Notes: generated from the sequence alone by a model not told the origin. A stretch of DNA of 64,000 nucleotides from Phaeosaccion multiseriatum (GCA_965112735.1 OZ218952.1:4898001-4962000), one strand, 5' to 3'. Positions 1 through 21,812 are shown, counted from the first letter of the stretch. Numbers and translations are program-made.

Positions 1-198
1 AGAAGGGGTGGGGGAGGGGATGGTGTAGAAGAGAGACACCCAATCAATCGCCGACAAGCGCTGCACAAGCGCTGCACCAGCCACTCACTCGCGCAGCCAA
101 GTCCGGTAGCCCGCCTCCCTCCCTCCGCCCGCAGGACCCCCGCTGACGCCCTCTCCGTGCCTCTCCTCCTTCCTTCCTCAAGTCACTCACTCACTCAC

Positions 199-855
199 CT
201 GCGTGGAGCTTTCTGCGGTGCACCTTGGAAGGCAGCCCATCCGCGGCGGCGTTGAAGAGCTGCCCGAAGGACCCCTTGTAGGGCAAGTGCGACACACTTG
301 CCACGTACTCTCGAGCTGCGGCGTCATGCTCCCGCCTAAGGGAGGGTGATAAAAGAGCCGCAAAGCGAGGTTAGAGTGCAGAAGAGCGGCAATGAGAGCC
401 CAACCGTGGCCGCACCTCCACTCGTCGCAGACCGACAGCCTTCGCACGGCGATCTTGTGCGCCTTGCTCCGGAGCAGCCGCTGCCCAAGCTCATAGCACG
501 TGACTCCTGAGAAGGCCGCCTCTACAAGCCGCTTGGTTCCCGTATCGTCGATGTACACCACGCCTGAGAGGAGGCGACGATTTCAGCTAGGGCCAAACAA
601 ATCTCTCGCGAGTCGGGCCAAAGTCCCCATATCTTACCGAGATGATCCCACTCTGTGCTGTGCAGGAACTTGGTCGCGAGGCAGATCGCTCCACCCACGG
701 CACCCATTGAGCCGCACGGCCGACTGAAGAGCACAATGTCTCCAGTGTCCAGTCCGGCGACCACATTCTCCACAATCAACGTCTCACTTCTGCTCCTCTT
801 CATCTGCCTCCCCCCCCTGCTGCTCTTGTGCTGCTACTACTGCTCGTGCTGCTAC
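199..855 (-). CDS. Permuted papain-like amidase (NlpC/P60, YiiX/YebB-like) family protein; spliced, partial, continues past the left edge; first exon uncertain (possibly up to ~1304)
   Basis: Removing GT-AG intron 637-564 gives LDTGDIVLFSR...TKFLHSTEWDHLGVVYIDD...LVEAAFSGVTCYEL..RL...IAVRRL, the GD-xxx-F and H-x-G-hydrophobic pattern of permuted NlpC/P60 proteins. Donor with (GTGA)n at 198. Confidence 0.65.
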
Positions 856-1460
856 ATGCAGGAAGAAAGGATGCGGAAGAAAGAAGAGAGGGAAGAGAGA
901 AGAGAGGAGAGTGTGAGATGGTAAGTTAGTGACCTCAACATCCAAACCGCCATCTGTGATGAACCAACTCAGACCGTCCGTGATCAAATTGCCCGATCCA
1001 CCGACATCTCCTTTCTCATGAAATTCAATACTCTACTGCTTGCCTCTCTGAGTGTAGTTGCGCCTCGAGCCGGGTCTGCTTTCGGGATTGGATCTATATT
1101 TGGAATGGGAAACAGGATGAGGTAAGAGGAGGGAGGACAATGGAAAGGCGGGCAAGAGAGCGGGGCAGGGCGGGGGGGGAGGAGGTCAGTTGCAACTGAA
1201 GGAGGTGTGCCCCCTGGAGCCGCTGAGTTGCCTTCTTCCCTTACCAGCGAAGAGAAGGCCCTTGAAGGCCCTGAAGCCCCACTGCCCTGGCCAGGCTTGC
1301 TCATGCAGCGGCCGAGTCTCCTCCCCTCCCTTGTCCCTTGTGCGCCTCGGCCCCGCCGCGTGTGGTGGAGCCAGTCCCGTGCTGCTCCGCACGAGGAAAA
1401 GTTCGGCGACTCGGACAGTTCCAGATGGCCACCCGTCCCGCTTGATTCTGACTCAGTCCG

Positions 1461-2016
1461 ATGTTGTTGTCTGTTGTCTGGTCTCTCAGCTCTTCATCAG
1501 CGTCTTCGAAGTACCCCATCCAGTGTGAGGAGAGTGTTATGAAGCCCAAGGCGCACGGAACTTGCGAGACGCCCGTGCAGCAAAACCTGGTGAGTCGAAT
1601 GGAGAAGCGGGTGGTGGGGCCCGAGAGTTTGAGAGAGACGGATTGTTTTGAGATTGGGTGACATCGATGCAGCTCCGGGAATGCAAAGCCCGACAGCCTA
1701 TTTATACCCGCAAGTACCGGTGTAAACAGCATGCCGCGCAGCTGCTCTGAAAAGTCTCAAAAAGCAGTTGCGGCTTGGACTGTGCAGCAGCACCAGCACC
1801 AGGATAATGGCACCAAGCTGCTCCATCGGCCTTCGCCTCTCTGCCCATTCCCATCTGCCTCTGACCCTCTCCCCTCCCCGCTACCTGTGCTTAACCCCCG
1901 GGTCCTGCCTGCCTTCTTACCTGTGCTGCCGCGTGTGTGTTTGTGTCTCGCGCTCACGTGTGCTCGGACACCAACAACCACCAACAACAACAACAACATC
2001 AACCACCACCACCACC

Positions 2017-2048
<32 letters not shown>

Positions 2049-3214
2049 CAATAACAGAGGTATGGCGTGGACCGTGATCTGGCGGACCGCATCTGCTGCT
2101 TCAACAGACACTACGCAGAGCACTCGGGCTACTGGGAGCAGACCAAGTTCCTGTCGGAGGTGGACAAGACGGTGGAGACGACTTACTACGACCCTGTGTC
2201 CGGCAAGCCTCTCTTCACCGCCCCCAAGGAGCGCTCCTTCGACGACTTCGCCAAGGAGTCAAGGGCACACGGGTGGCCAAGCTTCAGGGACCAGGTTAGT
2301 TGCTTGCTCAGTCAGTCAGTCAGTCAGTCAGTCAGTCAGTCAGTCAGGGGGTAGGCAGTCAGTCAGTCAGTCAGTCAAACAGTCAGTCAGTCAGTCAGTC
2401 AGTCAGGGGGTAGGCAGGCAGTCAGTCAGTCAGTCAAACAGTCAGTCAGTCAGTCAGTCAGTCAGCCAGTCAGCCAGTCAGCCAGTCAGCCAGTGCATTC
2501 GCCAGAGGAGAGGGGCCGGGCGGGGGGGGGGGGGGACGTTGCTGTGCTGAATGAGGGAGAGTGGAGAGTTGGGGCAGCGGTGGTGAGTAGTATGTCTTGC
2601 TATGTATACCGTAGTGCTTGTGCCTCTCCCTTCAACGCTGACACGGCACGCGATTCGCCCCTACTTCTGGCCCCATCACACACACACGCGCGCGCACGCA
2701 CACAGGAGGTGAACTGGGACTACGTTCGCTGCCTTCCTAACGGAGAGTGCGTGTCTGTGGACGGCACTCACCTCGGCCACAACTTGCCGGACAGGAGCGG
2801 CAACAGGTGCGTTAGAGGGACATCGCTGAGTGTGCGGGACTGACTGACTGACGGACTGACTGACTGGCCCTCCGTCACGTCACGGCTTAGGCTACTTGTT
2901 GCTGTGTCTGTCTTTCTGCTGTCCTTCAGTCAATCCCCTCCTTGTAGGGCTTATGGCTGTGTCCTTCAGTCCAGCCCCCCCCCCCCCCTTGGTATCTGAT
3001 CGGTGCTCTTTCCACCACAGTCGTCTCTCTCTCTCTCTCGCCCGCGCTTTTCGCTTCTTGTCACTACCGCCTTTACGGGCCCTTTGTCCACCCTCCTATG
3101 GCCTCCCCATATGCCTCTAACCCCCTCCCTCCCTCCCTCCTCCCTCCCTCACGCAGGTATTGCATCAACCTTGTGAGCATGGCGGGCAACCCCGTCCCCG
3201 AGGAATCAAAGTGA
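1461..3214 (+). CDS. msrB: Methionine sulfoxide reductase B-like protein (algal Zn-free type); exons 1461-1589, 2058-2294, 2706-2806, 3157-3214
   Basis: Spliced translation contains YYDPVSGKPLF, HGWPSF, THLGH and catalytic RYCIN. All introns are GT-AG and keep frame. Confidence 0.85.
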
Positions 3215-3799
3215 TTCTGTAGTGAACGAGGAATCCAAGTGATTCTGTAGTGAATAGACTGTGTAGACCGGTGTGATTCTGTAGTGAATAGACTGTGTAG
3301 ACCGGTGTGGAGCTGTGTCCAAGTGACCTGTCGCTGTTGCTGGGGCGGATGGGGCGGATGGACGGAGGAGGGTGCGCGCTCGAGGATCAGCAGCCAGATG
3401 GAGCAGATGGAGCAGATGGAGCAGATGGAGCAGATGGAGCTGTGGGGAGGGAAGGGGAGGGGAGGGGAGGGGTAGGTGGTGTGGTGTATGAAAGCAAGCC
3501 AGATTGATTAATCGGATCACAATTTTTACATGAAAGCAAGCCAGATTGATTTTTTATTCAAAAAAAATATTCAGAAGGCATGAACAAGGATGGAAGGTGT
3601 ACAAGCACTTGTAAGGATGGAAGATGTGCTTATGTTAGACCCTTAAGGATGGAATGGATTGCCAAAAAAGAATGGACGGAAGATGTGCTCCACCGAAAAC
3701 GAATCACCAACTCCTTCAGCTGACGTCAGTTGGAGATATCGACCTCCGGCTCTGGAACATACAAATCGACCTTTTTGGGAGAGCCCCACAAGAGCGAGG

Positions 3800-5460
3800 A
3801 TGAGGGCACCGGAGCTGCTCGCCGCGGCTGCGGCTGTGTACAGCACACTGCTGAGTGTCGGCCACGTCGAGGGCTTCTTCGCAGCGGCGCCGGTGCGAAG
3901 CAGCAGCAGTGGGAGCTGGAGCAGGACCAGCAGCAGCAGTGCTGGCGTGAGGGGAAGCAGCAGCAGAAGCAGCAGCAGAGGCAGCTGGAGCAGCTCCCCA
4001 GCAGGGGTAGCAGGAATGGCGGGTCTAGGCCAACGGGGTGCGCTAGTGGCCCAGAGGGAGAGCGCTGTGCAGTTGAGAGGTGCGTGAGGTCTCTCCGCGC
4101 TCCACGTGCTGAGGCATCCTTCGCCGAGTATGATACGACGGCACCGCGGATGCAATTTGAGGGTGCCAGTGGGACTGCAGCGTGGCTGTTCTTACTCAAG
4201 AACGCCGAGCAGAACACCTCACTCCTTCGCGTAGCCTTGGCGATAAGAGCTTTGCTGTTGCTGCTTGCCGCACCCTCCCAACCTCCACAAACTTGGCCTC
4301 TTAAGGGGACGCATTTCACCACGTTATTCTCACCCAACCCGAACTGACAACCCAGTAAGATGCTTCTACTCTCTGACCGACCCACGCCCTCCTCCCTCCC
4401 CTTTCTCCATTGCCTTGTCTCTCACTCGCTCCGACAGCACTGTCCGATCTGACCATGCAGACGGGGGCGCAGGGGGAGAGGGAAAAGCGGATAAAGGGGG
4501 GCGGCATGAAGTACAGGGAGAAGCGCAAGCGGAGAAACAAGAGGAAGGACATGGAGAAGATTGTAAGTGCGCTGCACTGTCCATACTCAGTGCTTCCACC
4601 CACCCTTTCCCCCCACTCACCCTTTCACTTTCCCCCTCTCTCCCTCCCTCCCTGCCTCAACCCCCCACTCGCAGAGGAAGCTGAAGGAGAAGATGAAGAA
4701 GGACGACTTCTGGAGAGTCATCCTCCACAACGACGACGTGCACACCTTCGATTATGTCACCAAGAGCATCACCGAAGTGTGCAACTCTCTTACCATGAAG
4801 AAAGCCTATGAGGTGAGTGAGACAATAGGGCCACTCCCTCCCTCCCTCCCTCCCCCTCTCCCTCCCTCCCTCCCTCCTCGGTCTCTTCCTCCCTCCCTCC
4901 CTCCCTCTCTCCCCCTCCCTCTCTCCCCCTCCCTCCCTCCGCGTCTTCCTCCCTCCCTCCCTCCCTCCCCTCCCTTCCTGTCCCGTCCGCTCTCCTTGGT
5001 CAGCACTGCGTGTGCGCTCCTTCTCCACAGCCGTCCTATCCTGACACCACATACTCTCCTGACACTCCTGTTTGCCTCATGCTCTCCTGACACCCCTGTT
5101 TACTTCTCTTCCCGCCTGCCTATACCTATATACCTTCCTCTGCCCCTCCGCCTGCCTGCCCATATGCCTGCCTGCCTGCCCATATGCCTGCCTGCCTGCC
5201 CGTATGCCTGGCTGCCCGCTATCCGTCAGGTATGCATGGAGACTCACAAGGGCGGTAAGGCCACAGTGACAAAGTCGCACAAGGCCGAGTCGGAAACCTT
5301 CTGCATGAACCTTCAGCAGTGCGGCCTCACCGTGTCCATCGCCCCCGACAAGGACTTTAAGGGAGACGGAGATAAGGGAGGAGGAGATGGGGGAGGAGGG
5401 GGAGGAGGAGGGGGAGGTGGGGGAGGGGGAGACGGGGGAGGAGGAGGGGCCAGGGGGTGA
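3800..5460 (+). CDS. clpS: Plastid-targeted Clp protease adaptor ClpS; exons 3800-4079, 4438-4562, 4675-4812, 5230-5460
   Basis: WRVILHNDDVHTFDYV...KKAYEVCMETHKGGKATV...GLTVSIAPD is the ClpS core. Hydrophobic signal ending VEG-FF followed by a Ser/Arg-rich transit peptide; poly-Gly C-terminus. Confidence 0.9.
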
Positions 5461-5917
5461 GGATGGCAGTGGGTGGAGGATGGAGGGTAGAGGGGGGTGG
5501 AGGGGTAGAGGGGACGAAACGGATCAAAAGGCAGAGGACAGGACGGACGGGTGGACGGACGGAGGGTCTCTCGTGCCTCGCTCGTAGCGGCGCAGCAGAA
5601 GAGCAGTTGCAGTTTCGGTTGTAGTTGCAGTGGCAGTTTCGGTTTGAGGGGCTTTGCTGGTCAGTGGGGCCTCGGGGGGGAGGGGAGGGGCGGGAGGAGG
5701 CAGTAGGCAGGCAGGCAGCGGCCCGGCGAAACGGTACATAAACAAGGCTGAGAGGATTGCTTCATTGGCTTAGGGGTATGTGTAAGGTGAATATAGTGCT
5801 CTATAATGCACTTGAATTCGTTGACTTTTGCAACGGAGATGACCAAGAAAGAGCGGCGATCGATCATTCACTCGATGCCTTGTCCCCACTGCTGTCGGGC
5901 GGCTGCAGCTCAGCGCC

Positions 5918-14272
<8,355 letters not shown>

Positions 14273-14717
14273 CTCCGCCTTGGCTTTCTCGTCGTCTCGC
14301 TTGCTTATGAACCCCTCGTCTCTATGCCCTCCCTGCCCTCCTCAAGGCTCCCCCGCGTACTGCACCCCCATGCGGCCTGATCGGTGGGCACCTCCGTCCT
14401 GCCTGGAACGCGGCCACACTATCGATTTGTCGAATTTTTTCTGCCGTTTCATTCCGCGTACGTCCAACTCGCTAAGCCAGCTGTGACTCTCCAACGTCAC
14501 GTGCTGGGCGAAGAAGCAACAAGCAAGAAGAACAAAAATCAAAACAAGCTGAAGCTAAGCTTTTTTCAACCCCCCCGTCAAGGCATGCCATAGACCAGGA
14601 GTAGGAACACCAGGAGTAGAAACTACAGTAGATGCGCTGGGTGGAGAGGTGTTGATCTAGTGACAGGGCGTCAACAGAACAAACTCCTCATCAGAGTTAT
14701 CCGAGTGAAGGAGAGAG

Positions 14718-17494
14718 ATGGAGAAACAGCGCGAGCCGATTGGGAAGGTAGTGTTGGTGATTGTGTGCTACTGGATCATCAGCATGTCGATGGTGTTCCT
14801 CAACAAGTTCCTGATGAGCAGCGACGAGACCTCCATCCCGGCACCGCTCTTCGTTACGTGGTTCCAGGTGCGTGGCCTCTCCCCTCTCCTCTCCTCCTAT
14901 CTCCCCCCCCCCCAAAAGCATCTCCTCTCCTCTTTCCTTCCCCTTACAACTATATGCATCTTCCCTTCCCTTCTCTCCTCTTGCTCCCCTCCCCATAAAG
15001 TGGACACCCCCCCCCCCTCGCTTCACTCACGCACTCACTCGACTCCCTCCTTTCCCCCTCCCCCATGTCCCCACCAGTGTGTCGTGACATGCATAATTTG
15101 CATCATCTGTGGTAAGCTCGGGGGGAAGGCCGATAGCAAATCGTTCTTCTCGCAGTTTCCCAGGGCGACGTACAGTCTCTCCTCGGCGGTCCGCGTACTC
15201 CCCCTCTCCCTTGTTTTCGTGGCCATGATCAGCTGCAACAACCTGTGCCTGAGATACGTGGAGGTGAGCTTCTACAATGTGGCTCGGTCGCTGACTTTGG
15301 TGTTCAACGTGCTCTTCAGCTTTGTCTTTCTCTCCCAAAGGTGAGCAGGCGAAGGCGTGGGGGTGGCAAGGAGGTCGAGCAGGAAGACAGCGGGGGGGGC
15401 GCTAGGACTGGCGGCACTTTGCTCACACCAGTGGCCTACTTTTCCACTTTTTCTGCTGTCTCTCTCCCTCCTTCCCTCTCTCTCTCCCTCTGTCTACCCT
15501 GCTTTCTCTGTCCCTCTCCCTCGCCCCCTCTCTCTCTCCCTCCCTCCTTTTCTCCCTCCCTCCTTTTCTCCCTCCCCTGTCTTCCGTGCTTTCTCCCTCT
15601 CTCTCTCCCTCTCTTCCCTCACCCCCCCCCCTCTCCCCCTCTCTCTCGGTCCCTCATGGCGCAGAACGTCGAGCAAGACGCTGATGACGCTTGCCGTGGT
15701 CATCTTCGGCTTCATCATCGGAACCAATGGAGAGCTCAACTTCTCGCTGCTCGGCTCGGCCTTCGGGGTGCTGTCCTCCATGTTCGTGTCTCTCAATAGG
15801 TGAGAGTGAGTTACATTAGAGAGCGTTGGGCTCAGTAGTTTGATCGTGAGTGAGTGAGTGAGTGAGTGGGTGAGTGAGTGAGTGAGTGGGTGAGTGAGTG
15901 AGTGAGTGAGTGAGTCAGTGAGTGAGGGAGGGAGGGGGTGAGGGGGTGAGTGAAGGAGCGAGACAGTGAGTGAGGGATTGAGTGAGGGAGTGAGGGAGTG
16001 AGGTATGGAGTGTAAGTCAGTGAGGGACTGAGTGAGTGAGTAGGTGAGGGAGGGAGGGAGTGAGGGAGTGGGTGAGGGTGAGTGAGACAGTGAGTGAGGG
16101 ATTGAGTGAGGGACTGAGGGAGCGAGGTCTGGAGTGTAAGTCAGTGAGGGACTGAGTGAGTGAGTAGGTGAGGGAGGGAGGGAGGGAGGGAGGGACGGAG
16201 GGAGGGAGGGAGGGAGGGAGGGAGGGAGGGAGGGAGGGAGGGAGAGAGTGAGTGAGGGTGAGTGAGACAGTGAGTGAGGGATTGAGTGAGGGAGTGAGTA
16301 GGTGAGGGAGGGAGGGAGTGAGTAGGTGAGGGAGGGAGGAAGTGAGTGAGTGAGTGAGTGAGTAGGTGAGGGAGGGAGGGAGGGAGTGAGTGAGGGTGAG
16401 TGAATGAGTGACTGAGTGAGTGAGGGTGAGTGAGTGAGTGAGTGAGTGAGGGTGAGAGTGTGCGTGAGTGAGAGAGTGAGTGGGTGAATGAGGGTGGCAA
16501 TCTGATGCGTCTCTTCCAAACCCGTCTGTCGTCTGCGGTGACGCTTGGCTCCGCCTCGGCACCCTTCCCTTCCCTTCCCTTCCCTTCCCTTCCCTTCCCT
16601 TCCCTTCCCTTCCCTTCCCTTCCCTTCCCTTCCCTGGCCTTACCTTGCCTTCCCTTGCCCCGCCTTGCTTGGCCTCTCCTCTGACGATGGACCTGCTCTC
16701 CTTCTGCACTGCTGTCCTGCTGCCCCCGTCCTGTCTGCCTGCCTGCCTGCCCACCTCCCAGCATCTTTACGAAGCGAGTGCTGGCGGTGATGGACAACAG
16801 CCTCTGGCGCCTCACCTTCGTCAACAACGTCAACGCGTGCCTGCTCTTCTGCCCGCTCATCTTCCTGTTCGAGAAGCAAGCCATTATGGACAATGTACAT
16901 GTCCTCTACGTCCAGTCCTTTTGGATCGGAATGGTGAGTGAGTGAGTGAGTGAGTGAGTAAGTGAGTGAGTGAGTGAGTGAGTGAGTGAGTAAGTGAGTG
17001 AGGCAGTAGTCCAGTGAGTAGTCATCAGCTGTGAAGTCCTGTCAGTCTCCATGAGCTTTGAGTCCACGATGATGCGTCAAGCACACCTGCACCTCTCTTT
17101 CACACTCCTGCTGAGCATGTGCGCACGTCCTTCAGGGGGCTTCCTGACCTCGACCCGCCCCCCCCCCCCCTCCCTCCATCTTGCCTCGCATCGTCGGCTT
17201 GCCATGCCACAGGTGGCGGCGGGCGTCTTCGGCTTCTCCATCGGCATCGTGACCGGGCTGCAGATCAAGGTCACGAGCCCTCTCAGCCACAACATCTCCG
17301 GCACGGCCAAGGCGGGCGTGCAGAGCATTGCGGCCTTCTACATCTGGGGCAACACCCCCACGCTGGCGGGCCTGTTGGGCATCGCGCTGGTGCTGTTTGG
17401 GTCAGGGCTGTACACGTACATCAAGATCTCTGATTCGCAGAGGGTACAGGCGCCGCCGTTGGCCCACTACAAGGCAGTGCCGCTCAAAGCGTAG
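14718..17494 (+). CDS. GDP-fucose transporter (SLC35C1-like), multi-exon
   Basis: YWIISMSMVFLNKFL, PAPLFVTWFQCVVT, NNLCLRYVEVSFYNVARSLT and LQIKVTSPLSHNISGTAKA are GDP-fucose transporter signatures. Confidence 0.9.
15846..16495. repeat. Compound (GTGA)n/(GGGA)n satellite with higher-order duplications in a transporter intron
   Basis: Directly visible; ORFs here are repeat artefacts. Confidence 0.9.
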
Positions 17495-17792
17495 CGCCGG
17501 GCGGAAGGGGGGAGAGAGGCGAGTAGCGAGAGAGGCGAGTAGCTAGAGAGGCGAGTAGCTAGAAAGGCGAGTAGCTAGAAAGGCGAATAGCTCTCTTCCT
17601 CTCTCTGCTCATGACGAAGAGTTGCGGTGGCTCCATTCACTGAACGTCTCACACAGCTTCCCCTTCCCAAGGGCACAGCGTTATACACATCTTCTTTATT
17701 TTTGGAAGTTTAATTAAACCCTTCCTCGCTTTGTTACTTGCTTACCCCGACTCGTCTTTGATTCTCATGGCCCATGGGCGTTAGGTTAGAAG

Positions 17793-19971
17793 TTAATTAC
17801 TTGTGAAGTCACAAAGAAAAATGTACGAATACGAAAGTACCGCTAATCCAAGATCATATCTCCGCAGGCGCTGGAGAGATCGCTTCACGCTCTTGTACGT
17901 GCCCCTAGCCCCCCCTCCTCCCGCTGCTTTCCCCCCTCCTCCCGCTGCTTCCCCCCCTCCTCCCGGTGCTTCCCCCCCTCCTCCCGCTGCTTCCCCCCCT
18001 CCTCCTGCTGCTCCCCCCCCTCCTCCCGCTGCTTCCCCCCCTCCTCCCGCTGCTTCCCCCCCTCCTCCTGCTGCTCCCCCCCCTCCTCCCGCTGCTTCCC
18101 CCCCTCCTGCTGCTGCTCCCCCCCCTCCTCCCGCTGTTTCCCCCCTTCCTCCTGCTGCTTCCCCCCCTCCTGCTGCTGCTCCCCCCCCTCCTCCTGCTGC
18201 TTCCCCCCCTCCTCCCGGCCGTGTTACATGCCCCTCAGCCTTGTAGATTCTAAGTTCATACAGAGCGAGGAGAAGGGAGAAGGTCTTCCTAACAATAAAG
18301 CAGGCAGAGACCACAGCGACTCCCAAATGGAAACATCTCCACCACCGATTGGTTATCTCGTCCGCAAATAACCAAGCCCACAAAATAGCCAAGAAGACAA
18401 ACAGCATCATAAAAGTACTCCAGTATGTGTCCACATAGCCCCACTCGTGTTGCTTCCGTTTCTCTTTCTCATCCCTCCCGCCTAGCATCAAAACGCTTGT
18501 AGTCAATTTGTCGCCCCATGTTCCAGTTACTGTTAGTGTTCCCAAGAACTTGGCACCGCCTCTTCCTGCCTCGCTTGTAGCCGTAGTCGTGGTCATGGCT
18601 TCTTGTACGTCCGCCGCTTCTGCGGCACCGTCATCATCGGATACCGCCACCTTGTAGGCGCTGAAACAGCGCTGGCGGACCTTCAGCAGAATGTACTGCA
18701 GACCAAAAGCCAATGTGCAGACAACAAGAGCGACAAGCCAGATGAGGAAGAAAGGAAACCCGAGCACGCCTATGATTATGGGGGGCATGCCGCTGGAGAG
18801 ACAAATTGCCTCCGCTTCCAGTAGGCTTTCAATAGCGGCCAAGAAAATCGTCCTTGTTTCAAGAAATATCGTCGCGTCCTGGCTCAACTCCCTGATGATT
18901 TTCAGATCGGCGTCATTCGATACGGCCTGCAAAGTGCAATAAGGGGGGACGACACACACACAGAGAGAGAGAGAAGATACATGCAGACCGCTCAGAGGCA
19001 GAAATGCCATCGAGCAGCTAGCTAACTAAGCTACGCAGCCAGGCGGTCATGAGTACAGACGGGGCGGGAGTAGGACGCTTCTTGATCCTTTTGCGGCACT
19101 CACATTTGTCTTTGCAGGATCTTTGAGTTTCCACGTGGTGGGTATGGGAAGGGTAATCCCCTTTCTGTCATCCTCAAGCACTTTCTCCTCCTCCTCTCGA
19201 AAGCCTTCCCTCACATCAAAATGAGTGTTGCAGGGACAGTAGGCGTACGCCAGAAGCCGCTCCAACCTGCACCACGCTCTGTCATCGTAGTCCTCACACT
19301 GAAGAGAGACGAACATTTCGCTGGCCGCGATATACATGGGCAACGCGCAGATGCCTGGGCCGGTGTTGTCCTGATCGACGCAGGTATAGTCAATCCACAG
19401 ATAAATGTGTTTGCCTGTGGGCGAGTCTTCCGGCAAGAAAGTGAATCGGTAATGAAGGTACTGCTGGTACCAGTCGCAAAAGCACAGCAGAGTCTTCGCC
19501 TTGCTCGCTTCCTCGTCATCTGGGCTAGATGATTTTGGGTCATTGGATGGGCGCATCCATCTGTGGCTTACAAAGAGAATCGTGGCCAAAGGGCCTCCAA
19601 ACTCCGTATTCCGTCCGTGTCTCTCCACTTCAGTCAATGCATGTACCGAATGACTCTCGCTACTTCGAGGTATCCTACCCAGCTCCCGCAGTGTCTCAAG
19701 TGGGAGCACTTGCATTGGTGGTACACCTGGCGTGTCTCGAGCAAGTCGAAGGCGTTTGAGGGTGCGTCCCCGCGTAGGAAGCTGGGTTGGAGTATTTCCA
19801 TTCTCTCGAGCCTAGCGTGACTTGCACGGCCGCACGAATCTTCTCTTCTTTCGCGGGCCCTGCTGCAGCCGATGGCGCGGCCACCTCCTGCTGGGAAGAG
19901 AAGCCCCCCTCAAGGTCATCGAAATACGCATCAAACTCCTGCTGCTTTAGTATCATTCTCCCCCCACTCAT
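17793..19971 (-). CDS. HET/TIR-like domain protein with C-terminal transmembrane helices and a GGEAAGG repeat tail; spliced, start approximate
   Basis: FVSHRW..PDD..K, LWIDYTCVDQD, ICALPMYIAAS and YDDRAWCRLE motifs in 19715-19104. A GT-AG intron joins them to the hydrophobic ORF 18927-17793. Confidence 0.7.
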
Positions 19972-20601
19972 TCTCTTTCCTCAAAGTAACAAGACACTAT
20001 GCATGTGGGTGAGCATAGGTACTTATGTGGGTGAGCCCCGGCAGTGCAGCAGATCACAAGCTCACCAACTAACATGCATGTACCAACCAAGCAACAAGTG
20101 AAATGGGCCGGTGTTTGGCGTTTCAGATGCTCCTATTTCGTTCTCCCTTTCCGTGCTCCGGCGGCAGGTGAAATTCTCTATGTCAATGGCTTCTCCGTTT
20201 CTCCTTCTCTCTGGCTCCTGGCTTCTAGGCCACCCCCCGGCTCGCTGCTAGGCTTCTAGCCGCAGACCAGAACCTCTGGCCTATGGTTCTCGGGCTGAGC
20301 AGAAAGAATGAAAGAAAAGTTTGAGCAGTTCGGACGAAACCTGCATATCGACTCCCTCTGAGCATGCAGTTGCTTGTCACTACTCGCAGTTGCTTGCCAG
20401 GGGCAAAAATGTCAAGAGACTTGAGTAGTGAGAAAGTGCTTTTCTCTTCTACTGCATCGTAGCTAGTTGGGTGGGAAAAAGGAAAAAAAAAATGAAGTCG
20501 ATATCGATATTTTGATACGATCTAGAAAAATGAGCTGAAACTGAAACTGGTCTGCCTTCCAGAGGCTCGCCCGCGACACAAGGAAAAGCTCTCTCACCAC
20601 G

Positions 20602-21497
20602 ATGACGCTTCGCACTGAAGCACTCCCTCTTGTAGCCGTGGCAGTAGCGGCTGTTATGGTGACCACCTCCGCCTTCTGTGTGGGGGCGGGCCACTCCTCG
20701 TCGCTCGGAGTGTCCCAGTGGTCCCACAGCAGCCACAGGGTTCGAGCAGCAGCTCCGCGGACGCACGGCATTAGCAGTAAGAGGAGAAGCATGAGCGGGG
20801 GGAAGAGACGGAGGACTCCGCTGCACATGCAGTTCGAGGGGATGCGCAAAATTTACGACCCGACCGATGCCTCAGAGGACCCCAACCCCAACTACGAAGA
20901 AGACGTCTCTGCGGACCAGCAGCAGCAGGGAAAGGTAGCTGATATTCCTTCCGACCCCCGAGCCATATTCGAGCTTGAGAAGGAGTACTACGAGATGGAG
21001 AAGGCCGCGAGGGAAGGCAAGAGGCTAGATGCGCTGCGGGAGTCCATCGGCACTGTGCCCAGAGAGCGCCAGTGCTACAAGTACTCGTGGACGCAGGACA
21101 ACGACAGGTTCAAGGTGAGTGTATAATGGCAGGCTCAGGGTGAGTGGGGCGGGCGGGGAGGGGAAGGGAGAGGCCCAGAGGGAGTGTACCAAGGTGGTAA
21201 GGAAGGGGGGGAGATGATCAGGGTTAAGTGGACCAGGCGGGCAGAGGACGGATGGGTACATACCTCCCGGCAAGTCGTAAGTCGTTCAGGAGGGTGACAG
21301 GCGCGGGAGAGGAGGCCACGTATTGAGGAAAGTTTTTGCTGAGTTGGAGAGAGAAGCTTGTCTTGAGTATCGTCGACGCTGAACGCAGTATTGGATAGCC
21401 CTCTTACCCTTGGTGTGCCACAGTATTGGATAGTCCTGTGGGTGTGCGACGTGTACTCACCAAGTTGTCTTCTCCTCCTTGCCCCACGCCCCCCCTC

Positions 21498-21595
<98 letters not shown>

Positions 21596-21745
21596 GTGCG
21601 TTGCTCTGCTGCTGTCGCCTGCCTAGGTCAAGGTGCCCCTGTTCCAGCGCTGCGAGAACAAGGACCTCTATCTGGCGCTCAGCGAGGACAACCTGCAGGT
21701 GCCATCTTAGGAGGTGTCAGGACTGAGGGGGGGGCTGCGTACTCG

Positions 21746-21812
<67 letters not shown>

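Noticed and set aside
15494-16893. Long SLTH/PSLP ORFs and similar ASKQ, CVCV, GREG ORFs elsewhere
   Set aside because: Translations of intronic microsatellites.
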